A stretch of 64,000 bases of DNA from Zygnema circumcarinatum SAG 698-1b. Lineage: Eukaryota; Plantae; Zygnematophyceae. Positions 37,942 to 50,967 of this stretch are shown here, one piece after another. The stretch lies in assembly GCA_037447605.1 (NCBI GenBank), contig CM074804.1, forward strand, positions 4,131,909 through 4,195,908, read 5' to 3'. Position numbers and translations under genes: made by a program. The notes under the pieces are model-generated. The model had not been told where the DNA came from, ran no database searches, and worked only from the letters and a program-made list of their open reading frames with translations. Every line of letters begins with the position of its first letter. Position 1 is the stretch's first letter.

Positions 37942-40900
37942 GCCGCACTCTGAGTCTCGGGGGAAGGGGGTGTATAGCTGGAGGGTTCGCCTTCCCTCTC
38001 AAATCTCGCCAATTCTCCATAGGAATCATAAAGGGGAAGAGTTTACGGTGTTCGGATGGTGCAAATCGCTCATTTGAGCATCTTTTTTTCCACCCGCAGT
38101 TGTACTCGTTTGAGTAAGAGATGGCGCAGTAGTTCGCGCCGAGGTTCATTCAAATTTCGACTTGTACATTACAGAGCGAAGGCAGCGCTAGAATAGGAAG
38201 GTTGTGGCAATTTGTTGCCACCAAAAAAAAAAACTTTTAGTTTAGCATTTTATTTCTATTCAATAATCAATTTTTATGAGAGAGGGGGCGAGAGCTGCCC
38301 CTAAACTGACACATATACAAGCGTAGTCTTCAGTCCTCCAGCAGCGCATGATGTTATTTTTCCACTGGTGACTGAAAATGGCATGGACAAGCATGTAACA
38401 TTGCGAGCACTTCTTCTGAAAGAGACTGAAGACTTCAGCAAGGCTGGGCTAGTCTCTACTTATTAAAAAGCGTGTCGTAGTTTCGAAGACAACGAACTCT
38501 CCTCATGCAGTCAATAACCCCTTTACATAAATTTTTGCACATCACAAAAGTACTTCAGAATCCTTTCATTCCCTTCCTACTTTCTGCCTCTCGATGTATC
38601 CATGTGAAGGAGCTTCAGACTATGAAATAAGCTAAATGGAATCTGCTTTGAAGGAAGTACAGCGAATTTCGCTGTAATGACTTGTTTCGCAAGAAATATG
38701 TACCCGGTTTGACTTGCGAGAGAGTGAAACTTTTTTAAAATACAAAATGCCCTGTTGTAATCGTGAAGAATGCATATATTGCCTAAGCTGGGTCACTCAC
38801 GGTCCGACTTCATTCAACCGGCTGAATCTCTGGAGTTGCGAACTGAGACGGAGAGTTTCCAACCTAAGAAACGAGATTATCAACTTGTTCTACTTTAAAC
38901 AGACGTGGGAAGGAAGTAGGGAAGTGGGAAGTAGCGTCAGCAAAGTTGAACCACTTCAGCTAAAGTTAACGAAGTTGAAAGGAACTGGACATGCATGCAA
39001 CAGGTCACATTGGAGCTTGGTTTGACCCGTTACACGTCGGAGCCTCATGGCTTTCATGTGTTTTTTTAGTTCGTTTTTCTTTGCTAGTTCCTGCTGTCCA
39101 TTGCCCTGGACCTTATCCCTGGCTACAAAAACCATACTTCGTAAGAAAAACGACGCAAACAATAACAGGTGTCTCTTCTAAGGAGCCGGTTCATGAAAAC
39201 ACAATGACGCAATAATAGGCTACATTTTTGCGGGGACCTTTATCTCTTCAACTCGCGTACAAAGTGTTTGTATTTAATATGAGAATGCTGGTCTATAAAG
39301 AAGTTAATCCAACTAAAGACCTGCTGCAAAAGGCATCGGGCACATCTCATTTGCGCATGCGTTTGTGTCCATATCAATTTTCAACTCCAGAGGACAACAA
39401 AGCGTCGAGCGGTCGCCGGACGACTGGAAACTGTTTTCGCATATCTACACCACGCCAAGCGGTTTGACAGTTTAAGGCCAATTCTTATTCCCATCAAAAC
39501 TGATTGATGAATACAAACTAAGTGCTAGAGAAAATAAAATAAATATTCGGCAACAAATCTCCACGATGCCAGTACCCTACCACTGCTTTTTGAACTCCGT
39601 ACGAAGTGAACAAACGCTGACGATCTAGCGTTTTTTTTTTTTTGGTGGCAACAAATTGCCACAACCTTCCTATTCTAGCGCTGCCTTCGCTCTGTAATGT
39701 ACAAGTCGAAATTTGAATGAACCTCGGCGCGAACTACTGCGCCATCTCTTACTCAAACGAGTACAACTGCGGGTGGAAAAAAAGATGCTCAAATGAGCGA
39801 TTTGCACCATCCGAACACCGTAAACTCTTCCCCTTTATGATTCCTATGGAGAATTGGCGAGATTTGAGAGGGAAGGCGAACCCTCCAGCTATACACCCCC
39901 CCCCCCCGAGACTCAGAGTGCGGCTCAGACAGCGAGCGGCTGCTTCCCGGGCGCTGCCGGGCCGGCCTGTGCCTGCGCCGCGGAGGAGGCCGCCTTCGCC
40001 TGCTGCGCGAAGTGGTGCTGCAGATACCCGTAATACGTGCACCCCCAACGGTGATGGCGCAGCCCAATATGTTGAGGAGGTTCATGGGATTGCGGAACAC
40101 CAGCCACGAGCAGAGCACCGCCACAGCCACCTGCTCACACCCGCACGCACTCACTCCCTCCAGGAAATCAGCACATTGGATCTCTCTCAAGCTTTGTTCT
40201 TTTTTTTTTAGTCTTTTGACATCTGAAAACCTTTCTTTAGTCTCCCCGCGTCCTGCAAAGGCAGACCCAATTTCGACAATATCCGAGGAGGAGGCGAAGC
40301 CATCTATCTGGGTGTTCACTTTCAGAAGGAGCCCGTGCGGGAGGAAGGCAGCAGTCGTCCGCCTGACCTTGAAGTTCCCGACGACGTTGAAGGTGACGGC
40401 GCTGGTGACCTTGATGACGGCGTAGAGCGAGAAGTTGAGCCCGAAGGCGAGCGCGCCGGAGGCCACGACGGCCGCCAGCGCGGGCCAGAAGAGCTCCCCG
40501 GAGCGCAGCGCCCACTCGCGCACCGCGCGGCCCTCGAGGGCGACCGCGGGCACCACCAGCAGCTGCAGGCCGTACGGCACCATGTAGTACACCTGCCCGC
40601 CCCGCCGCCCGCACCGTACCGCGCTCCCTTCAGCGAGGGGAGGGAGGGAGGGAGGGAGGGAGAGGGGGAGAGAGGGAGACGCAGAAGTGTGAGACCGTGA
40701 TCGAGTTGGAGGAGTGGGGGAGGGGAGGGGCGCGGCTGACCGTGTTGAGGGAGTCGAACTTGTACTTTCCGCTCAGGAGGATCTCCGCGAGGATGACGCC
40801 CGTGGAGGTGATGAAGCACGAGGCTATGGCGGCCAGAAACCCCGCCAGCACGAAGCTCAGCTCCGTGAAGGAGGCGAGCACCATGCCGCCCACCACCGGC

Positions 40901-41511
40901 AGCAGGCTCACGTACACCAACGAGTGGAACTTCTTGCCCCAGAACAGGACCTGCAGGAGCACTGCGCAGCCCGCAACACGCAAACCCCTTTCAGCTGCAT
41001 CCTCACCTGTATTTTTCCCTTCATTGTAGCATGGGTTATCTCCATCTATTCACTGCTCTATCTTTTCCTTCCTGTATTTGAGTTCATCTACTGACGGCTC
41101 TATCCTTCCTCCCGCTATCTTAAGATTATTTACCCACCCGTGGTGGCGGGCGTGAGCGCCTTGATGGTCTGCACGAAGGAGACGGGGATGTAGCGCAGGC
41201 TGACGTTGCCCAGCACGATGTTGACGCACGTGACGGCGGCGAGCGGGAGGATGCGCGGGAGGAGGTCCGCGCGCTCCACCGCGATCAGGGGGCTCAGCTT
41301 CAGGCCCTGCCCGCCCAAGGGGGGGGTCAGCTCCGAGTGGTTCTTGCATGCGCCCCCACTTCTCAAGGATTAGGGTTCGAGGGGGAGGGGAAACGGAGAG
41401 GGGAGGGGGCTGCTCACATGTATGGAGATGTGGGCCCCCGCCCACGACACCGCGAAGTGGACGCACGTTAACGTCAATGGAAACGTGAAATGGAATTCCT
41501 GCACCAGCCGT
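36354..41511. repeat. Large inverted repeat (palindrome): arms 36354-38234 and 39630-41511, unique spacer ~1.4 kb
   Basis: The arms are reverse complements across exons 3-7, introns and 3'UTR. Differences seen are only G6 vs G5 (37819-37824 / 40042-40046), GGGGGAAGGGGG vs G12, and A11 vs A13. Confidence 0.95.
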
Positions 41512-42592
41512 TACAGCATATTGATTCAGTAAGCTATTGCCTTTGAATTATATTTATAATATTCTCAAAGAGATTGGGGGTGTAAAGTAACCAAATAATG
41601 TGTGAAATAACCAAATAATGACAAGATTCAGCAATACAGAGAGTATAATAATTTGATTTGAACCAAACGAAACCTGATAAAATTTAAAGAATGCAGATGA
41701 GCGGAGGAACAGGAAGAGATATGCGAGCAAAGAAATAGATGATGTGGCATTGATTTCACGATGGCGATGCCATTAAATGTACAGGGATAAAATCATCACG
41801 GGGAACCACGAGGAACTGGTCGCAAAGTCTTAATGGACAAAAGAAAATAGCTATGAGCGAAAAGTTACGTCTAGGCTACGCCTAGGCGGGGGAGCAAAGC
41901 CTTTACTTTCCATGCTATCACTCCCTCTTCTCATTCAGATTATCAAATCTTTCCAACGATCTCAACATTCTCCAATCAAAATGACCAAAAAAGACGAGGA
42001 AAAGAAAATTGTGCAGAACAAGAAAAAGGCAAACCTCCTCCAATGGGAGTGAAGTCTAATGAAGGCACCTGGAAGATCCACTTGTTGATTATGATAACTG
42101 CAATATTGAAGAACCACCACTGGAAGACTGTGAGAGTCACAGCAGCTGCGGATAAAACTGTCGCAACCGCGCTGAAGCTGGGAATGAAATTCTTCAAACT
42201 CCAAGAAGGGCGAAAAGTTTGTGGCCTCTCCTCTGCTGCGTTTGGAAAAAGTTCGACTCCTTCTTTTGAGAACAAAGGTTCCTTCTCCTGTACACGGCGA
42301 AATATCTGTTTTAACCTGTTAGCTTCAATAAAAAATAAAATGCGATTTTCCAGGAATAGCGAATGGGTTAAAGCATTCTATAAACTGGATAAAGTTACTG
42401 TGACATGTGTAACTTGATAAAGTTACTGTGACATGTTAACTGCCAAACGAGTAAAATCACCGCTTTAAGTGAAAACCAAAAAGTAGGCGCAAGTGATGGA
42501 GAGTTAGAAACGGAAGGTGGGACAGAGAGAGGGAGAGTGAATGAGCTTACAGCCATATGCCCTGCAGTCTCTGATGCGGAGTAGGGAGGCAT
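39925..42592 (-). CDS. Nucleotide-sugar transporter (UDP-Gal transporter/GONST5-like), copy 2, with an apparent 1-bp frameshift in the last exon
   Basis: Has its own diverged exon 1 (MPPYSASETAGHMA) and exon 2 (EKEPLFSK...LTVFQWWFFNIAVIIINKWIFQ), then exons matching copy 1. C5 at 40042-40046 instead of 6 shifts the last exon; this is either a real lesion or a homopolymer error. Confidence 0.82.
41735..41886 (-). mobile_element. CRE-like retrotransposon 3' end relic, copy E (in intron 2 of transporter copy 2)
   Basis: GATGTGGCATTGATTTCACGATGGCGATGCCATTAAATGTAC...GGGAACCACGAGGAACTGGTCGCAAAG matches copies A, C and D. Confidence 0.75.
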
Positions 42593-43219
42593 TGTTGCTG
42601 GTTTTAGATTATGAATGGTTTTAGGTTATGAATACCTGCAATAAAGTAGATAAGGGGTGGCGAGAGAATCAGAGAGGGATACTGGGGAAAGAGGGGGTAG
42701 GAAGAAAGTGGTGACTTGAGAAATTGAGGAAAAGTTAGAAATTGAAAGAGAGGAAGGGGAGAGAGACAGAGATATATATATAGAGAGAGAGAGGGAGAGA
42801 GAGTGGGGAGGATGACTAGGATTAGATGCGGGGAAGAAGGGAGGCAAGAGAAGGCAGTTTTGAAAGCGATGGAGGAGAGTGGAGGAAGAGAATGTGAAAG
42901 GGCAGAAAAAGTGAGGAAGGAGGAGGAGGGCTGGTAGGCGCGCAGAGGGGACAGGAAAGATGTGGCGCCTGTCCTCCGGCAGACAACGAGACAGGGAGAG
43001 AGAGAGGGAGAGGCCCAGTGCGGAGACGAAGGAAAGAGCGATGGATCCGATGGGCAAAGCACGACGGACAGAGGGAAGAATTAAGCTTTATATCATACCG
43101 TTAACTGGACAAAACTACAATGCGGGTCGAAATTTCCGCAGAGGGGCTCAAGTTCTCTCTCCGAACGGGAGGAGGTTTCGAGGAGGACAGCACAGCGGCC
43201 CCTCCCCACGTTCCTCGCA

Positions 43220-44040
43220 GGCCCTTTATAGGGCGAGGAAGGGACGGCGCGCAGGCGGCAGCCGTATGTCCGTACGGCCGTACACCCGCAGCCGTTCGGG
43301 GTCGGTCCCCCGCCGGCGGTCCCAAAAGGGCAAGGGCCCGCCAGGCCCTCCCCTGGCGGCAGCGGACGTTTCTGCGCCCGGGTTTGCGCCGCCGCGCGAG
43401 CGGTTTGCAACTGGATGACGTCATTATAACCCTCTGTGAGCTTGTGATGGCAAATATGACGCCACCTTCAAGTCGGGAGATGGGAATTGACGGTCGACAG
43501 CCCTCGGATCTCCCCTTCTGAAAACCTCGTCGGCCGGTTTTCAGCACCTTGAAGGCCGTACAATGCCGTACTGATTCGTACACGTTTGTTTTGGGCCGTA
43601 CAGTGAAATGATTGCCCCCAGGCTCTGTTTTTTACGCCTGGTCAGGGGAGCCGTCTGAATGGACCGCCCTGCTGCAGCGGTCAAAAGGCGCACCTTTTGC
43701 GCCAGTCGCCGGCCGCGAGGTGGCCCTCCTGCGGCAGTTGCCGTACGAGGCCAATCCGACGAGGCCTCCTCCTGACGTGTGCCGACATTTTTTGGCTGCC
43801 CGGAAAAAGGCCGGGTTGCCGCGCGGCCGTCTCGTCCGCCCCTGCATGCCTGCCCGTCCGTACAGTGCCGCAACTTTGAGCGAGCGAGGCTCCTCCGTAC
43901 GGCCTCGATCGCGCTGCAGCCACCCGGCCGCCCGTCCGCCGGTTGGCGGACGTGCAAGCCGTCCGTCCTCGAGGGACAAGTGAACTCTATTTTCTTCGTT
44001 ATTTTTATGAAAATCAAAAAACAGAGTATACCGTACGGAA
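43220..44040 (-). promoter_or_regulatory. TATA box plus dense CCGTAC array upstream of transporter copy 2
   Basis: TATAAA on the minus strand at ~43224-43229. About 9 CCGTAC sites between 43270 and 44040 in a CpG-rich island. Confidence 0.5.
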
Positions 44041-45079
44041 CCAATAAGCGGTCCAGGTTCAGCAGAGCACTGGCTTTCGAGTCCACCAAACAGCCGCAGG
44101 TTCCACCAGCTTGCTCGCAAGATCAACCGCCTCTACTTTGCTGTCAGCATCGTGTTCACGCTGATCGCGTGCCGCGTGGCGCGATCCCGTGGAGCCGGTT
44201 GGCAGGCGGTCGGCCTGCCGCACGCCGTAGCGGGATACGGCACAGTTGGGTTGCAGGGTCGCGGAGGACACTGCCCAACCGCCGGCGGGTCGCACCGGAC
44301 GCAATTCTGAGCGCAGTTACCATGTCGCAGACAGGAAAACCGCAAAACTACAAAACACACTAAAAATACACCGACGCTGGAGTTCAGCCCTTCACTGTTG
44401 TTTGCAGTCTTGCATGGAAACAGTTTGGCGTTTGTTTCCAAATAGCGCACACACTGTCCTACAGCGACAGTGTCACAGTTGCGATCGCAGTTCACATCGT
44501 GGGAATCGCCCGCCGTCAAGCGTCACCGTTTTTAGTACGCTACTGCATTGAAATAGGAAGGTCGATCTCAAGACGAGGACGACATACGCCCGGACCCACT
44601 CCAGCAAGAAGGAGCGACCACGCCATGGCAAATGAGCGCAAACCCGTCGCCGCCTCGCTTGGCCCGTGTGTCCGTGTGTGCGAGATCGAGAGGAGATTAA
44701 AAAAGAAGAACAACCTTCCAAATTGCTTGTACAGTATTTATAGACATACCCATCTACGCCTCTCCAACGGCACATAAAAGGTGTGCTGATAATTTCGTAA
44801 GAAAGATAACGAGCTATGCATTACAATGAGCCGAACGTTGACGGAAAAAAACAGGATGGATACACATTGAAAAAACCAGCCATCGCCTCCGGGTGCTTCT
44901 CCGGCCTATTCCTTAACTGCGAGGCCTTGCGGGTGTACGTGTCTGCACATGCGCAGCAAGCTCGTATTTGCTGAAAGTTCAAGCAAGAGCGGCCTCACCT
45001 GGATGTAAATCACACAGTTCAACCTAAGCTCAAGTGGACTCACACAAACGTGGAATACTCCTTGCGATCCACACTTCCC

Positions 45080-47669
45080 TTAGTCAAGTTGCATTGTCTG
45101 CAGAGCTCCACCCCCACAAACAATTAGCAATACTCGGGACTTTGTAAATCCAAGTTCTTGAACTTCAGATGATACAGCACAATCATATACCACTTTAAAA
45201 TGAAGTGTTTGCCAGGACTAAGCAGGATAGCCACACTCTGAAGAAATAGCATACAAGCTATGTAATTGTCTATAATTTACTGAACAAATAATCAAACCAG
45301 TCCTGTAAGGCTTAGGCGCAGTAAACAGTTTGGAATCTCAAAAGCTTCAAACGTTTACGTAGGAAGGGCGAGCTGAGATAAGGCAATTTGTCCAAATGGA
45401 CTAAACTCACCTTCCAGAGGCCATCATTCAGGTAATGCAGAGTATCCACACCAATCCCCTTGTTCACTCGCTTTCTGCAGCGCCAAATCCAGGAACTCAA
45501 AATGTAAATGCTGCCATGCAAACATTTACTTTTCTTCACCTCGTGAGAGGCACAAACATCGCACTCTCACTAGGACGCTGTCTGTCCACTAGAAATGTTA
45601 TTTTCAATGCGATAACCCCTTCATTGATGGAATCAGAAGATTGCTGAAATGTAAGAGTCTTACCCTAAGTGAACTAACGATATAAAAATATCTCGAGAAA
45701 GAGCTAACATCACCCTACCTCGAGAGAAGAAAGGCCAACTTTATTCCGACTATGCAGGTTAAGCGGTGGGAACACGAGAAATTGAAGAAGAGTGCTCATA
45801 CATTTCAGATGTGGGCATTTTGGTCATGCCAATTGCCAGCGCATTTTCCTTATCCTCTGCCATTACCGCCTGCAGACACCCGCAGTTTTCCTCTTGATCT
45901 CAATTTGATTTCCTGCATAATGACGACAAGAAGCACAGCAACCAGACAGACTACACCAATTTTCAAACATACGATCACTTCAGACATCCCATAGTGATTA
46001 TGAAACTCTTTTCCTTTCGTCAACTACCCTGAAACCGAAAGACATCACTATTGGGACACGCTGATCAGTGAAAGAGAGACGTCGCATATTCTCTGCCTTC
46101 AACGTTTCATTCGCCTTACAATACCGGACCTTTATACCAAATGACAGAAGCCCTAATAGGGAACTCCTTTCACATATCTGAGCATCAAAGTGTGCATTCC
46201 AGCCCAATGCCATTATTCCTTCAACGTTTTTTGGAGACGATTCACGACTCACCACTGGTGCATCTGCAGGGACATCAGCATCCAAACCTCCTCCTTTTGA
46301 TGTGAGGCCGGGGCACATGATGTTTGCGCCTGCCATCACAAACTTGATGGCGCCACGATCCACTTTCACCTTCTTCATCATATCCGGATCTACGCAGATT
46401 GGCCACAACTCATATCTTAAGTCAAATATGCTCCTTATCTACTTCAAAGATTTTTCAAGACGTTAAAGCCCATCAAAGAATGCTTGAATAGTCTACGTTC
46501 TAAGTCACATTCAGCGGCACTCAAACCAGCGAGGCCCCTCTTCCCACTTTCCCTTCCATTACGACTTTTGCTCCCATTACCAAAACTTACATTGGTGAAG
46601 CAATCTTAATGTTGGCATGTAAGGGCCATCACGAATGTTGAAAAAGAGTGGTACATTGTTTACGACAACGAGGTTGATATGATTCTGACTGCCCCATTGA
46701 ACCCAAGCTTCAGTTTCACCCACACATTTGCTTCTCGCTATTTTAGCACAAATGGCGCTTACACTTCTGAGCCAAAAAAGGAAATGATTTTTCTTATCAT
46801 TTCTATCATTAAAATAAACTCATGCTATGTCTTTTTGCGAATTTTTCACTGTCACTCATTCACCAATACATCAATTTCTTTCTAATCTAAGTGCTCCACT
46901 TCCACTTTGATTTTCTTAGTGAAAGTGAAACCTCCTTGGTTCCCGTCCTTTCAACATTATTTCAATAACTTATTTTGCTTCAACGCATATGCGGAAGCAC
47001 AACGGCTAATCAAGGCATTACAGAAACCCAGTGATTTTGAACTATGGCACGTTGGCTGTTCTTTAACAGAGCTTACCATTTGGCAACTATCAACGGAGAT
47101 TTCTTGGGCAAAAGGTCATCCAAAATTGGTTCAAGTAGTGGGTACTGCTCCAACAACCCGCACGAAAACAACTTTCAGAACTGAATAGAGCGGACTCATT
47201 GAGCTTTCAAGAACATTCTGGGCTCCAGCAGCCCTGCAAACTCCTTCATGTGGTTCCTTTGATTCACATGTATGCTGCAATCTACTAAGGAAAGACGAGG
47301 TTTCATGATTCAACCATTTTTACCTCCTCTGCTATGCTTTGACGGATTTTTCGCTGCACGGATGCTTTCACTTGATTTTGTCCAGCCACCTCCTCTGTGG
47401 TAAACCTGAACGAAGAAACATGCAAGACGCCTCACTTTATTCTTTCTGGTGCACGTGCGGAATATGCTAAAAAAGTGTAAGCTGGTTAAGAATAGGCATT
47501 ACTGCTTCTTTACACATAACATTTGTCTAAGAAGTCACTAAGACCATTGTTTTCATAGCATGACTGCTGAACTGATAGTTACGAGATTCACAACAATAGC
47601 TTCTCGAAGGTAGTCTCATAGACAATCAAAAGAAACATTGACAGCGGAAATATCTTACTTCTTGAACAT
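45080..47669 (-). CDS. MCTS1: MCTS1/MCT-1 (Tma20) PUA-domain translation reinitiation/recycling factor (multi-exon)
   Basis: Starts ATG TTC AAG AA|GT (MFKK). Later exons include [89 protein letters not shown], and the last exon TMQLD*. Confidence 0.92.
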
Positions 47670-47736
47670 GGTTGATTAGAGAACGGATTGCTCGCCAGGA
47701 AGAGCTTTCACGCAACGCACAAAGGAGATATTGAGC

Positions 47737-49762
<2,026 letters not shown>

Positions 49763-50967
49763 ATGCAGCTGAATCTATATTATGTTATAAATCATCCCTC
49801 CCACTGCGAGTCCTCGGCTTTGGCTGTGCCCCCGCAACTGCCAAGATCTCGTCTCCCCAGATTTGGTCAGAACCGCAAGTGCACAATTTTTACAATTTGT
49901 CAAGAAAGAGAAAAAAGGGTTCTCTGCTTGAATGCGACTGGTTCAAATATCGCACAACCAGTATGCAATAATTGTACGTTAGCGGGAGAGAGAAAGTGAG
50001 GGATTAGATAAGGAGTGTGAAAGAGAGGAAACGCTAAGAAAGAGAAAAAAAGAGGCCTTGTTCCTTCGTGACGCGATGCAGGCATGCAATATCGGCAATT
50101 CGCCGGCCCTGTTCTGCAATGTCTTCCAGCTCAATTGCGAGCCTGCATGTATGTACTGTATTTGTGAGCAGCTTCTGCAAGCTGCAATTTCAAAAATCGT
50201 AATGTGCCAACGGCTGTCGAGGGCTGTTTCCTCGCCCTCCCTCTCAGAGGGTTGAGCGCAGCGCCACCCTCGTGTCGCCACAATGTTTTCCACCTGCCCG
50301 GAATAAAAACCGCGCGCGCCCATTGGCGAACGCTAAGTTTCAAGTGGCTCGCAAAAGTTTCCGACCTGCCCTGCCCTTCCTGCCGAGGGCCCCTCCCACA
50401 ACGGTGTAGCGTATTGGCGAGGGGAAGGCAAAATATCGTACCCACCGATATTCCTGATTTCCAAAAACTATTTGCGCATTTTACCGGCCGGCCGGCAAGC
50501 GGCCGACCCTCGGCGCCGCCGCGTCGCAGCGACGTTTCCCGGCCGGCGGGCGGACCCCCCCTGTATCGGCATCCGGCCGGCGGTATGGCTGAATACCGAG
50601 CCCGCGTCCCTTTTCGGCTCGCTCGCCGCTGGGCAGCGAAACGAAAAATGTCGCGTCGTCGACCGGGCAGAGGGAAGAAACTTTTTCGACCCTTTTTTTT
50701 TTTTTTATTGGGAGGGGAAGTTCCTGCCCGGACAGGCGCAACCATGGCTCTTGGAAGGCTTGAACAGGGCTCCTCCTCCCAGTAGCGCTTTCGCTCTAGC
50801 TCTGGCTCCCTCCCTCTCTGCGTCTCTCCCGCTCCCACCCCTCACCCGGCTCTATCACTTTACTCTCTCATCGCTAGGAAATCACTCCATAACCGCTTAC
50901 TGCTGTTTCTTCGATTTTTCTTTGTTTGCATCTGCACTCTTGAGGAAAGAAGAAGGGATCTGAAGAT

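Noticed and set aside
38223-38233. A-run at the arm boundary suggesting a retrocopy origin of the duplicated transporter
   Set aside because: The duplicated arm contains all introns, so it is not a processed mRNA copy.
42387-42437. Short tandem duplication GATAAAGTTACTGTGACATGT in an intron
   Set aside because: Ordinary local slippage duplication with no further structure.
5922-42592. GH30 galactanase plus UDP-Gal transporters as a galactan metabolic gene cluster
   Set aside because: They are separated by ~26 kb and four unrelated genes, there is no glycosyltransferase, and transporter substrate cannot be fixed from sequence.
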